Positions 12,629-24,110 of a DNA stretch of 64,000 nt are shown one piece after another. Every line of letters starts with the position of its first letter. Within the stretch, counting starts at the first letter, position 1. Source of the DNA: Syncephalis fuscata S228. Lineage: Eukaryota; Fungi; Zoopagomycota. The notes under the pieces were generated by a model, which saw nothing but the letters and a program-made list of their open reading frames with translations, ran no database searches and was not told the origin of the DNA. Location: the NCBI GenBank assembly GCA_025786725.1, contig JAHLTZ010000054.1, positions 1 through 64,000 of the forward strand, read 5' to 3'. Both the position numbers and the translations under genes were made by a program.

Positions 12629-14109
12629 TTATAATATTTCAAGTTTGTCTCCACAAAGCGAACGAGGTGAATGTAACCATGTACCAATAACACCAGTATC
12701 ATTCAGTGATTCTTCTATCTTTCGTATAGCTCGTTCATTTGCGGTGATGGTCGTGGCATTTAATGCATCACCAAGCCCGAATACCGTTTTCTGTAATGGT
12801 GTTAATCGACGATTTAGTGTTAAAATACGCCGACTAAGTACAATAGAATGGGCCGATGGATTTATTAGTACAGCTTCTGTATTCTCATGATCTGCTGTAG
12901 TCGTATTAATGATTGATAATTGACATGAATGTGGTAAACTTGGTATTATTGCACTTGTGCCGGGGGATGGGCAGACTAGCCATTCATTAAATCTATAGCG
13001 TATTGTTTCAGCGCGTAATTTCTCTTTTATTCCACCTAGCATATCAATAATTTGATAGAATTTATCCCATACTGACTGAGCAACAACGACACGAAATGAC
13101 GTTGCATGTTGCTGCTGTTCTTGTGGCTTGTAATAGTAACCAAGTAGAATGTAGCGTAATTCTTGTAAGCTATCTGGTTCATGTCGAGTCATTTTTATTT
13201 GTCGATCGAGCTCAACAACACCAGTTGATTTAATTAATGATAATTGATCTTTTGATAAATGTGACATGTCTGAACATAAAGCAATTAGTGTTGTTGTGTC
13301 TAAGTTAATCGTTGACGACCATGGATATTGAGATAGATTTCGAATTAGTGTACTTGAAGATTATTGCCAAGTAGCATTGGTTCACATGATGGCTGGGATA
13401 ATACTAAAATGCCAAAATCATTTAATCGTGCTAATAACCGGTTACTTAGTTTGTAATGTGACCAAACAGCAATAGATGGTATTTGATACTGACAAGGATG
13501 CAAGCAAGCCGCGTTTAAATATCTTTTTAATGTTTTTAACAGCGCCTCTAATTAATGAAATAATATTGAATTATTATTAGTAATAATCTACTATATTTAT
13601 ATTTACCTTCTTTTAATGTAGATAATGGTGATGAAGTCGGAGTAGACGCAGATAATGATTGTCGCGCGATAACTTTAATCCAACGAGTTCCCCAATTAGC
13701 AATAACATCAATTTGAAGTGGCGAGTCGTTATCATTTGTTGCATTTTACGATTAATAGCAAGCACTCCTGGTTGCGTACCAATACACGCGGACATAGCCT
13801 CAATAAATGGTATATTTGAGCATGTAACAAGGGATGCAATAGATGTTGTTGTATTATTATCATCAAGCGTCTATATAATTGCATAAGTTGGTATGCCTTT
13901 TGGTATGCTATAAATCATATATTTACATGTGATAATAATGCCATTTCCGTCTCAAGCATAGTTAATAATTGGCTAAAGCTCTGATGATAGCTGTGCTGTT
14001 CATTTGGTACCCAATCAACTATATTTGTTGTCAATGTATCTCGACAGTCTTTGAGATATTGTCGGGCTATTTTGGCTCGATTGAACAATATATTTAATTG
14101 TTCGGTCAT
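12629..14109 (-). CDS. UPF0415 / DUF1308 (C7orf25-like) protein
   Basis: SNIPFIEA, IDVIANWGTRWIKVIAR (after a 1-nt frameshift at ~13745), INLDTTTLIALCSDMSH, KFYQIIDMLGGIKEKLRA, VFGLGDALNATTITAN, HSPRSL. Confidence 0.8.
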
Positions 14110-14534
14110 AATGGCAGTGTTATAATAATATAGTAGTTAAATGTTTAATTGAGTGCAAATATGCTGTTGTGAGGATTCTGACTAAATAACGATAAAATAA
14201 TAATGGAATGGAGATAGATGTTTTATTAAAAAATAGGCAATCATGTGCGTATTTATACCGAGCGTACATTATCCGTGTACTACAAATATAGAAGTGACGT
14301 ATACCTTTAAGGCCTATGATTGATAGCAACGCGTGATAATGATTTCTTTTGTACAATTATTTACACTGTATGAATATATATTTATGACAGTATATAGATA
14401 GATTGTAATAAATTGCCAAATAATGTATATAATCTGCCATAACTTGTTATTATAATTCATTACATCAACTAGTGCTGTTATTACCATTTCTTGTAATTAG
14501 CAGCTTATTGTTAACAATTATTATTGTATTTATC

Positions 14535-14965
14535 TATGCCATTATTATTCAGTATGCATATGTTCACTACTCGCCTATTCACCTATATCATTTACACTGT
14601 AGACTCATATTATACCATATCACTCTATGATATATTAGTCACATTTTATTTGTTATATATAGCAATACGCTTTATTTATTGGATTATACACATGTTATAG
14701 CTTCGGCTTATTATTTGTACAATCCCTAGTATATATTAAATATACTGTATATTATTCTGGCATATAATAATTACACAGTATTCAAACTAATTTTATTTGG
14801 CACTAGTTTTATTGATTATAAATCCCAGTTTATATGGGTATACAATGGGAATGACATAAATAGAGAATAAATGCATATCGAATAATAAATCTATGATGAT
14901 AAGTATTTGATGATTGCTATCACTCACCATTCATCATTATGTTCAATACATTTATTTAGCTATTA
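14535..14965 (-). mobile_element. Degenerate foldback/MITE-like non-autonomous element, copy A
   Basis: Internal inverted arms (attattattcagtatgcata ~14542 versus atgcatatcgaataataaat ~14871). Reverse complement resembles 20700-20800 and 47520-47900. Confidence 0.6.
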
Positions 14966-15132
14966 GGCTAAACGACAAACTCATAAACTTTAGATTAAAT
15001 TAAAAATAAAGCCATTAATAAAACAACAGTTTAAACTGTTTTTATAACACAATGTAGTATTGGTCAATTAATATTATACAATTGCCTTTATTAATACATG
15101 TATGTGTGGTGTGTTAGAATAGAATATAATAC

Positions 15133-17476
15133 TTAGTATACACGTCTGCAACGCCGAATTGGTCGCTGATTGTTTATGTCACGTTCGACTATACTGGTAC
15201 ACGTCAGATGTTTATGTTTATGAATCGGCATAGTGGCCATCTTTCGATTCTGCTGTGCATCTGCTTCTTCTAAATGATGTTGCTCTATACAGTTGGATGC
15301 TTGAACTGATGGTGCTGTTTTGTTTATAGAATGATTGTTTGTATCACGTCGCTTGGCTTCTTTGTCTATTAACAATAATAATATTTAGTATGTGTTATTT
15401 GTATTTATATGCCTAATTACCTATATTTGACGCTCGTGTCTTTTTATTAGACACTGCTTTGTCATTAATCTTGACTGCATTATCTGCCTTTCTTTTCTTG
15501 CTTTCGTTACTAGTGTTTGATGCTGCTTTAGCAATAATCTTTGCCTTCTTTTTGCCTTCTTTGCTGCTGTTTGGCGCCATCTCATTCATAGCCTCCAGCT
15601 CTCTTTTACCTCTTCCTTTGCTAGTCGTTGACAAATGCATCTGTTTATTATGCAATGCTTCTAGCATTTCTTTTATTGCAGTCAATTGTTCTCGGTGACC
15701 TTTTTCCATAGCATCTATCTTGTGATTTAGCGCCTCGTTATGTTGCTTCAGTGTATCGTTGTCTTTTTTCAATACAGCAGTGTCTTGTTTCAATTGCTTA
15801 AACATATCAAATAAATCTGACATAAAAACCTCGTTCTCATTTCCCTGTCTGACAGATGCAACTGGTTGCTGAGCGTTTAATTTCCCTTTGTTAGTTACTG
15901 CCATTGATGCCGCTGCTTCCAGTTCACTTTGTTCCGATCGCATTGTTGACAGCAGCCTGAAAGCCTCTTTTGTACCAAATCGTTCATATGGGCTTGTTCT
16001 GGTCAGCATATCGATCATTGTATACATGTTTGGGCATATATTAGAATACTATGAACATTACAGGTTATTAGTAAAGCATGGCTAATTTCAGCTGCAGTAT
16101 GATCTTACTTTAAGCGTTTCTTCTATTGTCTTTCCAACAGAATACATATCCAAAGCAGTGGTGACATAATCCTTGTATTCTGGGGCCATGTATCCTTCAG
16201 TGCCGCCAGTAATCCCGTTAGCATTGGCATCAGCATACTCATCAGGTATCTGTGCATCTTCGGTGACATAAACCGATCCAAAATCGATTAACTTGACATC
16301 GTTGGTTTCTTTGTTAATTCGTACATTTTCAGGCTTAATATCGCCATGAATAATACCGATATTATGTAGTGCCTCAACAGCCTATTATAATATTAGCAAG
16401 ATATCTAACCATCCATCGCTGCCAGCATACCTTTATCAAACTTTCAACATACGTGATTTGCTCAGCAGCGTTATATTTGTAGTGCGTCTTTGCTTCGACG
16501 TAATCGGTTACCATGGCTGGCATATGAAGTAAAGTAAATCGCTGCTGAAATGCTGGTAGATACTTTGCAACATTTGGTACAGTACATAAATACTGGTACA
16601 ATGCAATTTCCCGCTTTCCAGCATCAATATTGGAAAATGCTTTAATAACACCCAGTGGCTTTCGCTCAGAATCAATTATTCGAATGACCCATGCACCACT
16701 ACCTTTTACCTAATCATATATATAATATTAGTAATTATGGTATATAACTGCACTATGCTTAATCCCAACTTACAGAACTTCCAGTTCTTTCAGGTCTTTG
16801 TTCAATCATAAACCAATTTTCTTCCAAAGTTATACCACTCAAATCTAATGCAACTTGAACACAGAAACTATTTTCGCCTGCAATTCTATGTGCTTTATAA
16901 ATAAATATGTAAGTTAATGAAACAATACTTATTATGCTTATAATACTTACCACGTATACGCTTAATGTCTTGAATTGCCGTACTTAGAGATTCCAACCTG
17001 TTGCGCTTATATAATGTAAGCAAATTCCGTGCCCAATGATGTGTCCATAGTTCTTTTTGAGTATACGCGTATTCACGATCTTCTTGGCTAACTCTGGCTG
17101 TTCCAACAGGACAACAATTGCATTCACAGCTGCCTCTTGTAATTTCTTATAAAGTTGCTTCAGTTCTTCCTTCAGCTTTTCAAAAGACTTTAAGCGATTC
17201 ACATTATCTGGCTCTTGTTTAGTCAGCTGCCTTATTCTTTCATAACATCTACTTTTGATTTCAATAACACCCTTAGGTACGTATATTGTCTCATCGTATT
17301 TTTCTATCCAGTCTGCGCCTTCTGCAACTTCTAAAGTCATGACTGAAATGATAACAAGCTGAATAAGCCTGAGAAACAAGGTAAGTTACAGAAAGCAATG
17401 AGACAAGTAAAGGTAAAGAAAAGAAGTATACGTCAGTTGATGGCTGTTTATATTCATTTGTAGACATTTGACACAT
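15133..17476 (-). CDS. Lineage-specific Ser/Thr protein kinase with N-terminal helical region and C-terminal coiled coil and basic tail
   Basis: GVIKAF, REIALY, IIHGDIKPENVRI, KLIDFG, GTEGYMAPE, DMYSVG in spliced exons. ORF 15133-15375 splices in as the last exon. One frameshift in an A-run at ~17055. Start codon uncertain. Confidence 0.85.
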
Positions 17477-18625
17477 TTTAACTATCTGTAAATCAATTAA
17501 ATTAAAAAACAAAACATGACATTTTACACAACATTGAAGGAATATGTTGATAACAGTGTAATGTTGAAAGTGGGTTGTGTTTTATACCCACTCTATTAAG
17601 ACAGATAGTTATAAATTATATAGTATCAATTAGTAAAACACATTATAGCGGTAGTGTAATAAGTTATTCAATTGGTGATGTTTGGTGGTCATATTATGGC
17701 GATTTTAGGCACATCGAAAGTATCTCAGTAATAGACAATCAGCGCATCTCAATGCTGTGTAAAATAATACATAAAAATACATTATTTATAATATCGAAAA
17801 GATGTGCTAATAGCAATGTACTAAAGTTGATTTACATTAACAAGTATTTTGTATTTACTTTTCTGATATTATAGCATAAATCTGTATAGTTATTTTGCTT
17901 TATATGTTTAAACTATATAAAGGGATGAACCCATTGAAATAGTATGTATTAGATCGTGCAAACAGTAGGTATTTTCACTGACTGGTATATGCAGTTCGAT
18001 GACACAACAAATAGTAACGCCTTTGCTTGTAGTTGTGATATTTCCGTTCATGTTATGCAATTGTATCATAATCAACTGATACAACTAAAAACGTCATAGA
18101 TTTGTGATTTTTTTAGCTTTTAAATGATATGCATGACGATAAAGTAATATTTAATATACGAGTAGAATCCAGGTGTATTGTCTCTATTACGTGATGGTGC
18201 GATCAAATTCGCTGCCATATTGGAATGTCTGTTTAAATTTGTATAACCAACGTAGGTGCTAATGTCCAATCAGCCTGCAGTTGGCAGTCGTTTGCACAAT
18301 AGCCTAAGACACTGCCAAAGGCTGCCGCTACTAGTAATACCTAGACGCATTAGTTTTGATTTTACATTGTACGTCATACCAGTTATTGCGCCTTATAATG
18401 TAGTCGATCATCCTTAGTTATCTGCACGCGCAATAAAACAACTTTCTTCAACTTTGCTCTGAACTAAGCTGTTTACTTTTTGTTTTTTAAACCAATATTT
18501 ATTGTAAGCTATTTTATATTCAACATGACCATCACTGTTCAAGATGAAATAAAGCCAACTTTTTAAAAGTAAAGAAAGAGTATGCAGATATTTGGGAAAG
18601 ACAAGAGGCGCTTGATTTACAATTA

Positions 18626-20155
18626 ATGGAGAATCCTGACGTCTCAGAGCAAGATAAGAACGATGCAATGTTTGAAACGGCTTATTTAACCAAAAAAACA
18701 TCACTTATGCAAGAAAAACTAGTAAATATTGTAGAATCTATTAGTTCACACCTGGATATTTCCTCGGCTAGTTTTTTATTGGATGATACTGAACTCTGGC
18801 CCATTAACTGGATGCTAAGGATTGGCGACGCGTTTTCTGCCAAGAGAAAAGACGAAGTCAAGTACATTATAAGTAAATATAGTATTTTTGTGGGTAAGTA
18901 AGCTTTATTTATATTATCTTAGATTACTGACATTGTGAATAATAGATATTGCTGAAGCATTAGCAAAGGAAATCAATTTAGTCACTCGTCACGTGACATA
19001 TACAGAGACTACCAGCACTCGATGGAGCTGGCATTTGGTGGTGTGGATGGAAAGCCATTTTATGGCGTAAAAGAGAAATATCATCATTTGTACCGTGTTA
19101 CCCATACACCACGCAAGTGTGAAAATGATGATGAATATAAGGTAAATAATAGTATTAAACTACAACAACACTGACAAGTATTTATTAGGACTTAATGAAA
19201 TACATTACTAGAAAAACAGTGGTATCATACCTCAAGATGCTATTGATGCTACCTTCCCGTTAAGAGGAGATGATAAAAACATTATTTCATCATTGGAAAT
19301 GGCTAAAGTCATGGGTGCCATTTTACTTTTATCTGCAGATAATTATCCCGTCGAAATGAATGAAATGGGCTACAGCTCACGCGTTCATAGCTTTTTCTAC
19401 GGTGCTATGAGCAGCGTATTTAAAGACAAAACTGAATCTAGTCTTTTTAATTTTAGTAATGGCGGTAAGCTACTTTTTTATTTTAGCGTTTAATTAAGCT
19501 TTAAACAGTGGGGTCAGTTGGGTACCAGTATGCGGCTACAAGGCTGGACAGCAGCCGTCTGTATATTATCCCGATTTCTCCTTTACCATGAAAGGAGTGC
19601 ATATGGTTTTGGGAGAGTCAAAGATAGACATAAAATCAGACATTGAAACCAAGAAGCATTTGTGAGTGTATAAATTTTATTGCAATTATGTTGGTTAATA
19701 ATCATTAATTCAGGGAAAAGCTAATGCTCCAATGTAGACATGCATTTTTGGAGCAAAAATACTTGTTGAATGACATTGAGCATTGCCAATCATCGCCATT
19801 TGTCTATGGAATCTATGCGAAGGCGTTCTGCTTCCGCTTTTTTCTTATGACCCAAGAATCAAGTAACCAATTGCAATTCCATGAAATTGCCAGCATTGAT
19901 ATTGCTTCTGACAGCGATGTAGGTTCGATATCCATCGAGCGTGCATTGTATGTATTCGCTACTTGCAACAACATCGCAAGTGCGTGTAAGCAGCGAATGG
20001 AGGAGTGGATGGAGATGGGTGTAGTTTTTAATAAACTAAAAATACTATCCGACTCGACAAAAACTGTTTCGTCAAAGGCCACCGCCCATTTTAAAAGAAG
20101 AAGCACCAGTAGTTGCAAAGATGACACTGAAAATTCAAAAAAACCAAGACTTTGA
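18626..20155 (+). CDS. PD-(D/E)xK restriction-endonuclease-fold protein (CRN/CR-REase-like), multi-exon
   Basis: Spliced reading YYPDFSFTMKGVHMVLGESKID...HLEKLMLQC...VYGIYAKAFCFRFFLM; ends KKPRL. Needs three 1-nt restorations in A-runs (~18965, ~19215, ~19540). Confidence 0.7.
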
Positions 20156-20619
20156 TTTATTTTTAGTAATCAATTTAAACTTGTATAACTAGTAATTAGT
20201 TAGAATAGATAAATAAAATACTTGAAACATTGCTTATAACCGTATATAGCTTTAAACATGGCAAATTGATTTTTAACAGTTAATGCCAGTAATCGGAATT
20301 ATACAGATGTCGAGTTAGCATATTGAATATTCAACAGTTCATCACTGCCTGCCACTTTATCTATGCAATATATCCTTGAGTTATTTGAATTGTGTGTTCA
20401 TATTGCAACTATTTACATTCGATACAGCTACGCTTATTAACCAACTCCATAATACTATCGATAGTGTACTTGTTAGTTGTTTGATTTATTATGCCCGTGT
20501 TAGCACACTAATAAATATGAACTCTGTTATTCCATGTTTTAACTTTTAATTTGAAAAGCTTATGGGCCTGACGTGTAATTATTGAAGCAACAACGTATAT
20601 TAATCATATAAAATGTTGT

Positions 20620-21620
20620 ATGTCATTTGACATTACAAACGGTTTATTAACACTTGATATGATTTAATAGTCAAATGACTAACATTAATAACATCCAATC
20701 TATTGAGCATGATGATGGGTGGTGAATGACATCAATCATCAAATACTCATTATTGTAAATTCATTATCCAGTATGCATATATTATCGCAGTATGTGTTAT
20801 TACTATATATATCCGTTACTTTGCTTGATTAACATTAAAATCATAACTAATTGACATGGCCTAATTTATTTATAAATAATCTTAATAAACATTGCTTTAT
20901 TCATATTCATATTATTTGTTTTATCAATATAACTCAGTGAACAAACTAAGTACAATATGTCAATTTTATTAATAAAAAAGTTGGAACCATACTGACAACG
21001 GCTATAGACAGCTTATAGTCAATGTATAATAAAATGATAAACATTATAATGGATACGCAATATTGAACGAGATTAGCTATGTCAAAGTTATTAAGAATAT
21101 ATGCATGATCAATGAGCGGAATTAGTCGACATTTGTTAATAATAAAGCTAAACCAAAAATAAAAGCAGCATTGGATAGAGAAAGGCTAGTTGAGTATATA
21201 ATGATATATGTGATGATGTGACGATTAAATAAAACTCACCACTTGTCCTCATGTTCAATAGATTGAATGTGTAGTTCAATTACACGAATGTTATTAAATG
21301 TAGTCATTTGACCCTCAAATTATAATAAAGCATTAATAAATTGTTTAATATACAAAAAAATAGTTATTTTTATTTAATTAATAAATAATGTAATATATAC
21401 AATCCATAAATCGAGTGGCATTGTATATAAAAAGACTATGAACAAATTGAATATAGATGAGGGAATTGTTTAAGTGGTGGAATAAAATAAAAAATAAAAT
21501 TAATAGCATAAAAGCAAATATAATTATAGAATATGCCATCAGTAAAACGATAAGTACAATAAGAAGAATAGATAACAAACAATAAAGACAAATATATTTA
21601 TAGAACAATGTCATCAGTAA
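20620..21620 (+). mobile_element. Degenerate foldback/MITE-like element, copy B
   Basis: Forward arm 20641-20800 and reverse arm 21235-21350 are inverted copies. 21300-21620 is a direct repeat of 32785-33080. Confidence 0.7.
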
Positions 21621-22327
21621 ATAAGAAGGATGAATATCAATGCATAAACAAGTGTCATTATCATAGAACATGATATTATCATTGACAGCTAAACTTTTAA
21701 GCATTAAATTCAGTATATAAGCAACAGTGTTTATTGAATGTTAAATAAAATACTTGTAGACATACCTATTCTAAACTACGCCTTGTATATATAATTAAAT
21801 AGTGATCCGCTAAGCGAAAAAAGAAAAACGGTTAACAAAAAATAGTATAAATGGTCATACCCAACACACCACCTGGGTAAAATAAATGTTTAAAATAGCA
21901 GTTGCTAATACAATGTTCTGTTACAATTAATCAATTTTATTTTATGAAAATAATAATAAACAATATTATTACGTTAATATTTACTGTGAATGATGATTTA
22001 AACACAATTTAATCTAATTAACGCATTAAAATTAATTGCGTAAAAAGATTTACTGCGTTGAATTAGGGGGGGGGGATTAAGGTAAATGTCAATCCATTCT
22101 TTCTATTGAACATAAGCCTGGGTGTTGAGTAAAGTAAAGATCAAAATAATAGCAATAGTAAATACTAATCAAACGCGTGTTATTATTTTGGGGAAAGGGG
22201 AAACATAAAATGATCAACGTCATTGTTATTAAATAAGATGTTAGTATTTTATTGCTTTAATCACTTTTTGCTCTTCATTTGCTATTGGCTTAACTTGTTT
22301 CCATTGCACGTAGATAATTTATACACA

Positions 22328-23939
22328 ATGGGCGATACTGGTAATTGGTGTCTTATCGAGAGTGATCCGGTAAGCACATCTATTTGTACTATATAAATGT
22401 AATGGTAACGTTCATTGCTATTAGGCGTATTCACCCAGTTGATTGCGGATATGGGCGTCAGCGGTGTTCAGGTCGAGGAGGTATGGGATTTCGATACCCT
22501 ATCGCAGGTAGAGTAGGTGGCGGTTCTATAACAACAAAATATAGAAGTATTTGTGGCAGTAAAGAATATTTATTTAAATACTTATCGCTTACATTATGTA
22601 GACCTGTATACGGACTTGTCTTTCTATTCAAGTACGAGTCGAATAGAGGCACAGGACAGCCATCGACGACTGCAGCAGCCAATGCTGATGATATGATGGA
22701 TGCAACCGATTCAATCTTTTTTGCGCATCAAGTAAGTAGTTTATTTGTATATTAATCGGCTATTGAACTTGTGGTCCTTCTAGGTCATTAACAATGCATG
22801 TGCGACGCAAGCTATTCTATCTATTTTAATGAATAGTCTTGATATCGAATTAGGCGAGGAGTTGACGCAGTTCCGCGAATTTACCCAAACATTACCACCC
22901 GATGTAAGTAAATCTAGCAATAAATTGATTAAATTGACCATTTTATCTTATATAATTAGATGAAAGGACTTGCGATATCGAATAGTGATAAAATACGCTC
23001 GGTGCACAATAGCTTTGCCCGGTAACGATAAAGCTATTTATTGAACATGTAACTACCGGCTTATTAAACAATTTGTTAGATCGGAATCATTTATTAATGA
23101 TGCTTCAGTGCCGGCCGGTGAAAACGACGACGTGTTTCACTTTGTAAGTTATATGCCAATCCATGGTGCACTCTACGAACTTGATGGATTACAGCCAACT
23201 CCAGTGTATTTGGGTAAGTCATTATAGTCAGTATACAATTAATAATAATCATAAATTATGTATAGGCCCTTGTACGGAGAAAGACTGGCTTGAAAAGGTT
23301 CGGCCAATCATTGAAGCACGTATGGCGAGGTAAGAAGTTGGAAAGAAAAAGAACACTAAATATTGAATGCAATAATAAACAAATGAGTAATATGACTAAT
23401 TATCATTATAATGATATATAGCTATAGCTCGTCAGAAATACGATTTAATCTTATGGCATTGTGTAAAGATCGTACAATGGTATTGACTGAGCAATTGACC
23501 ACGACAGATCGACGTCTTGATCTTGCTCAAAGGAAACTATCAGTAAGATGAGACTTAAATTAAATGAAATTACTTTTATTAATATATATATATATGTATG
23601 TATGTATATTAGGGCGAAGATATTAGTGGTGAGCAGAATAAGTTGGAGGGAGATGCAGCACTACCTGAAGATCCTGAAGCATTACAACGACTTGTGCAAA
23701 CACTGCACGGTGAACGCGATCTACTTGGTGTATTTCTTAGCGATGAACGTGAGAAGTTGGCGCGGTATCGTGTAGAGAATGCACGGCGCAAGCACAACTA
23801 TATTCCATTGATTCATACACTATTGCGCCAACTAGCCGCTAAAGGTAAATTGGCTGGTGCACTTGCTGAAGCAAAAGAGAAGGCAACAGAACGTGTAGCA
23901 CGTCAACGTCAGTTGAAACAACAACAACAGCAACAGTAG
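22328..23939 (+). CDS. UCH2: Ubiquitin C-terminal hydrolase UCH37/UCHL5 (Uch2)
   Basis: WCLIESDPG, PVYGLVFLFKY, FFAHQVINNACATQAILS, FHFVSY, LYELDGL, RFNLMAL, ENARRKHNYIPLI. Confidence 0.96.
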
Positions 23940-24110
23940 TAGCAGCAGTAGCAGTAGCAGCAATATTCAATTTCAATGTTTAAAATAAACAGTTTTGTAT
24001 TGTTTTTGCTTATAAATTTAATTATTTTCTACATCAATGAATTTATTACTATTATTATTAATGTCATCATTACTCAATAAGAAAGAATAACGAACTTGTG
24101 AGCAATACAA

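Noticed and set aside
20620-21620. CRISPR-like or LTR interpretation of the repeats
   Set aside because: Eukaryotic context, no regular repeat-spacer period, arms are inverted rather than direct, and no gag/pol or transposase ORF is nearby.
21378-21704. 108-aa hydrophobic ORF
   Set aside because: Falls inside the AT-rich repeat element; its composition reflects base bias, not a membrane protein.
22066-22075. G10 run in TTAGGG-like context
   Set aside because: A single homopolymer, not a tandem telomeric array.
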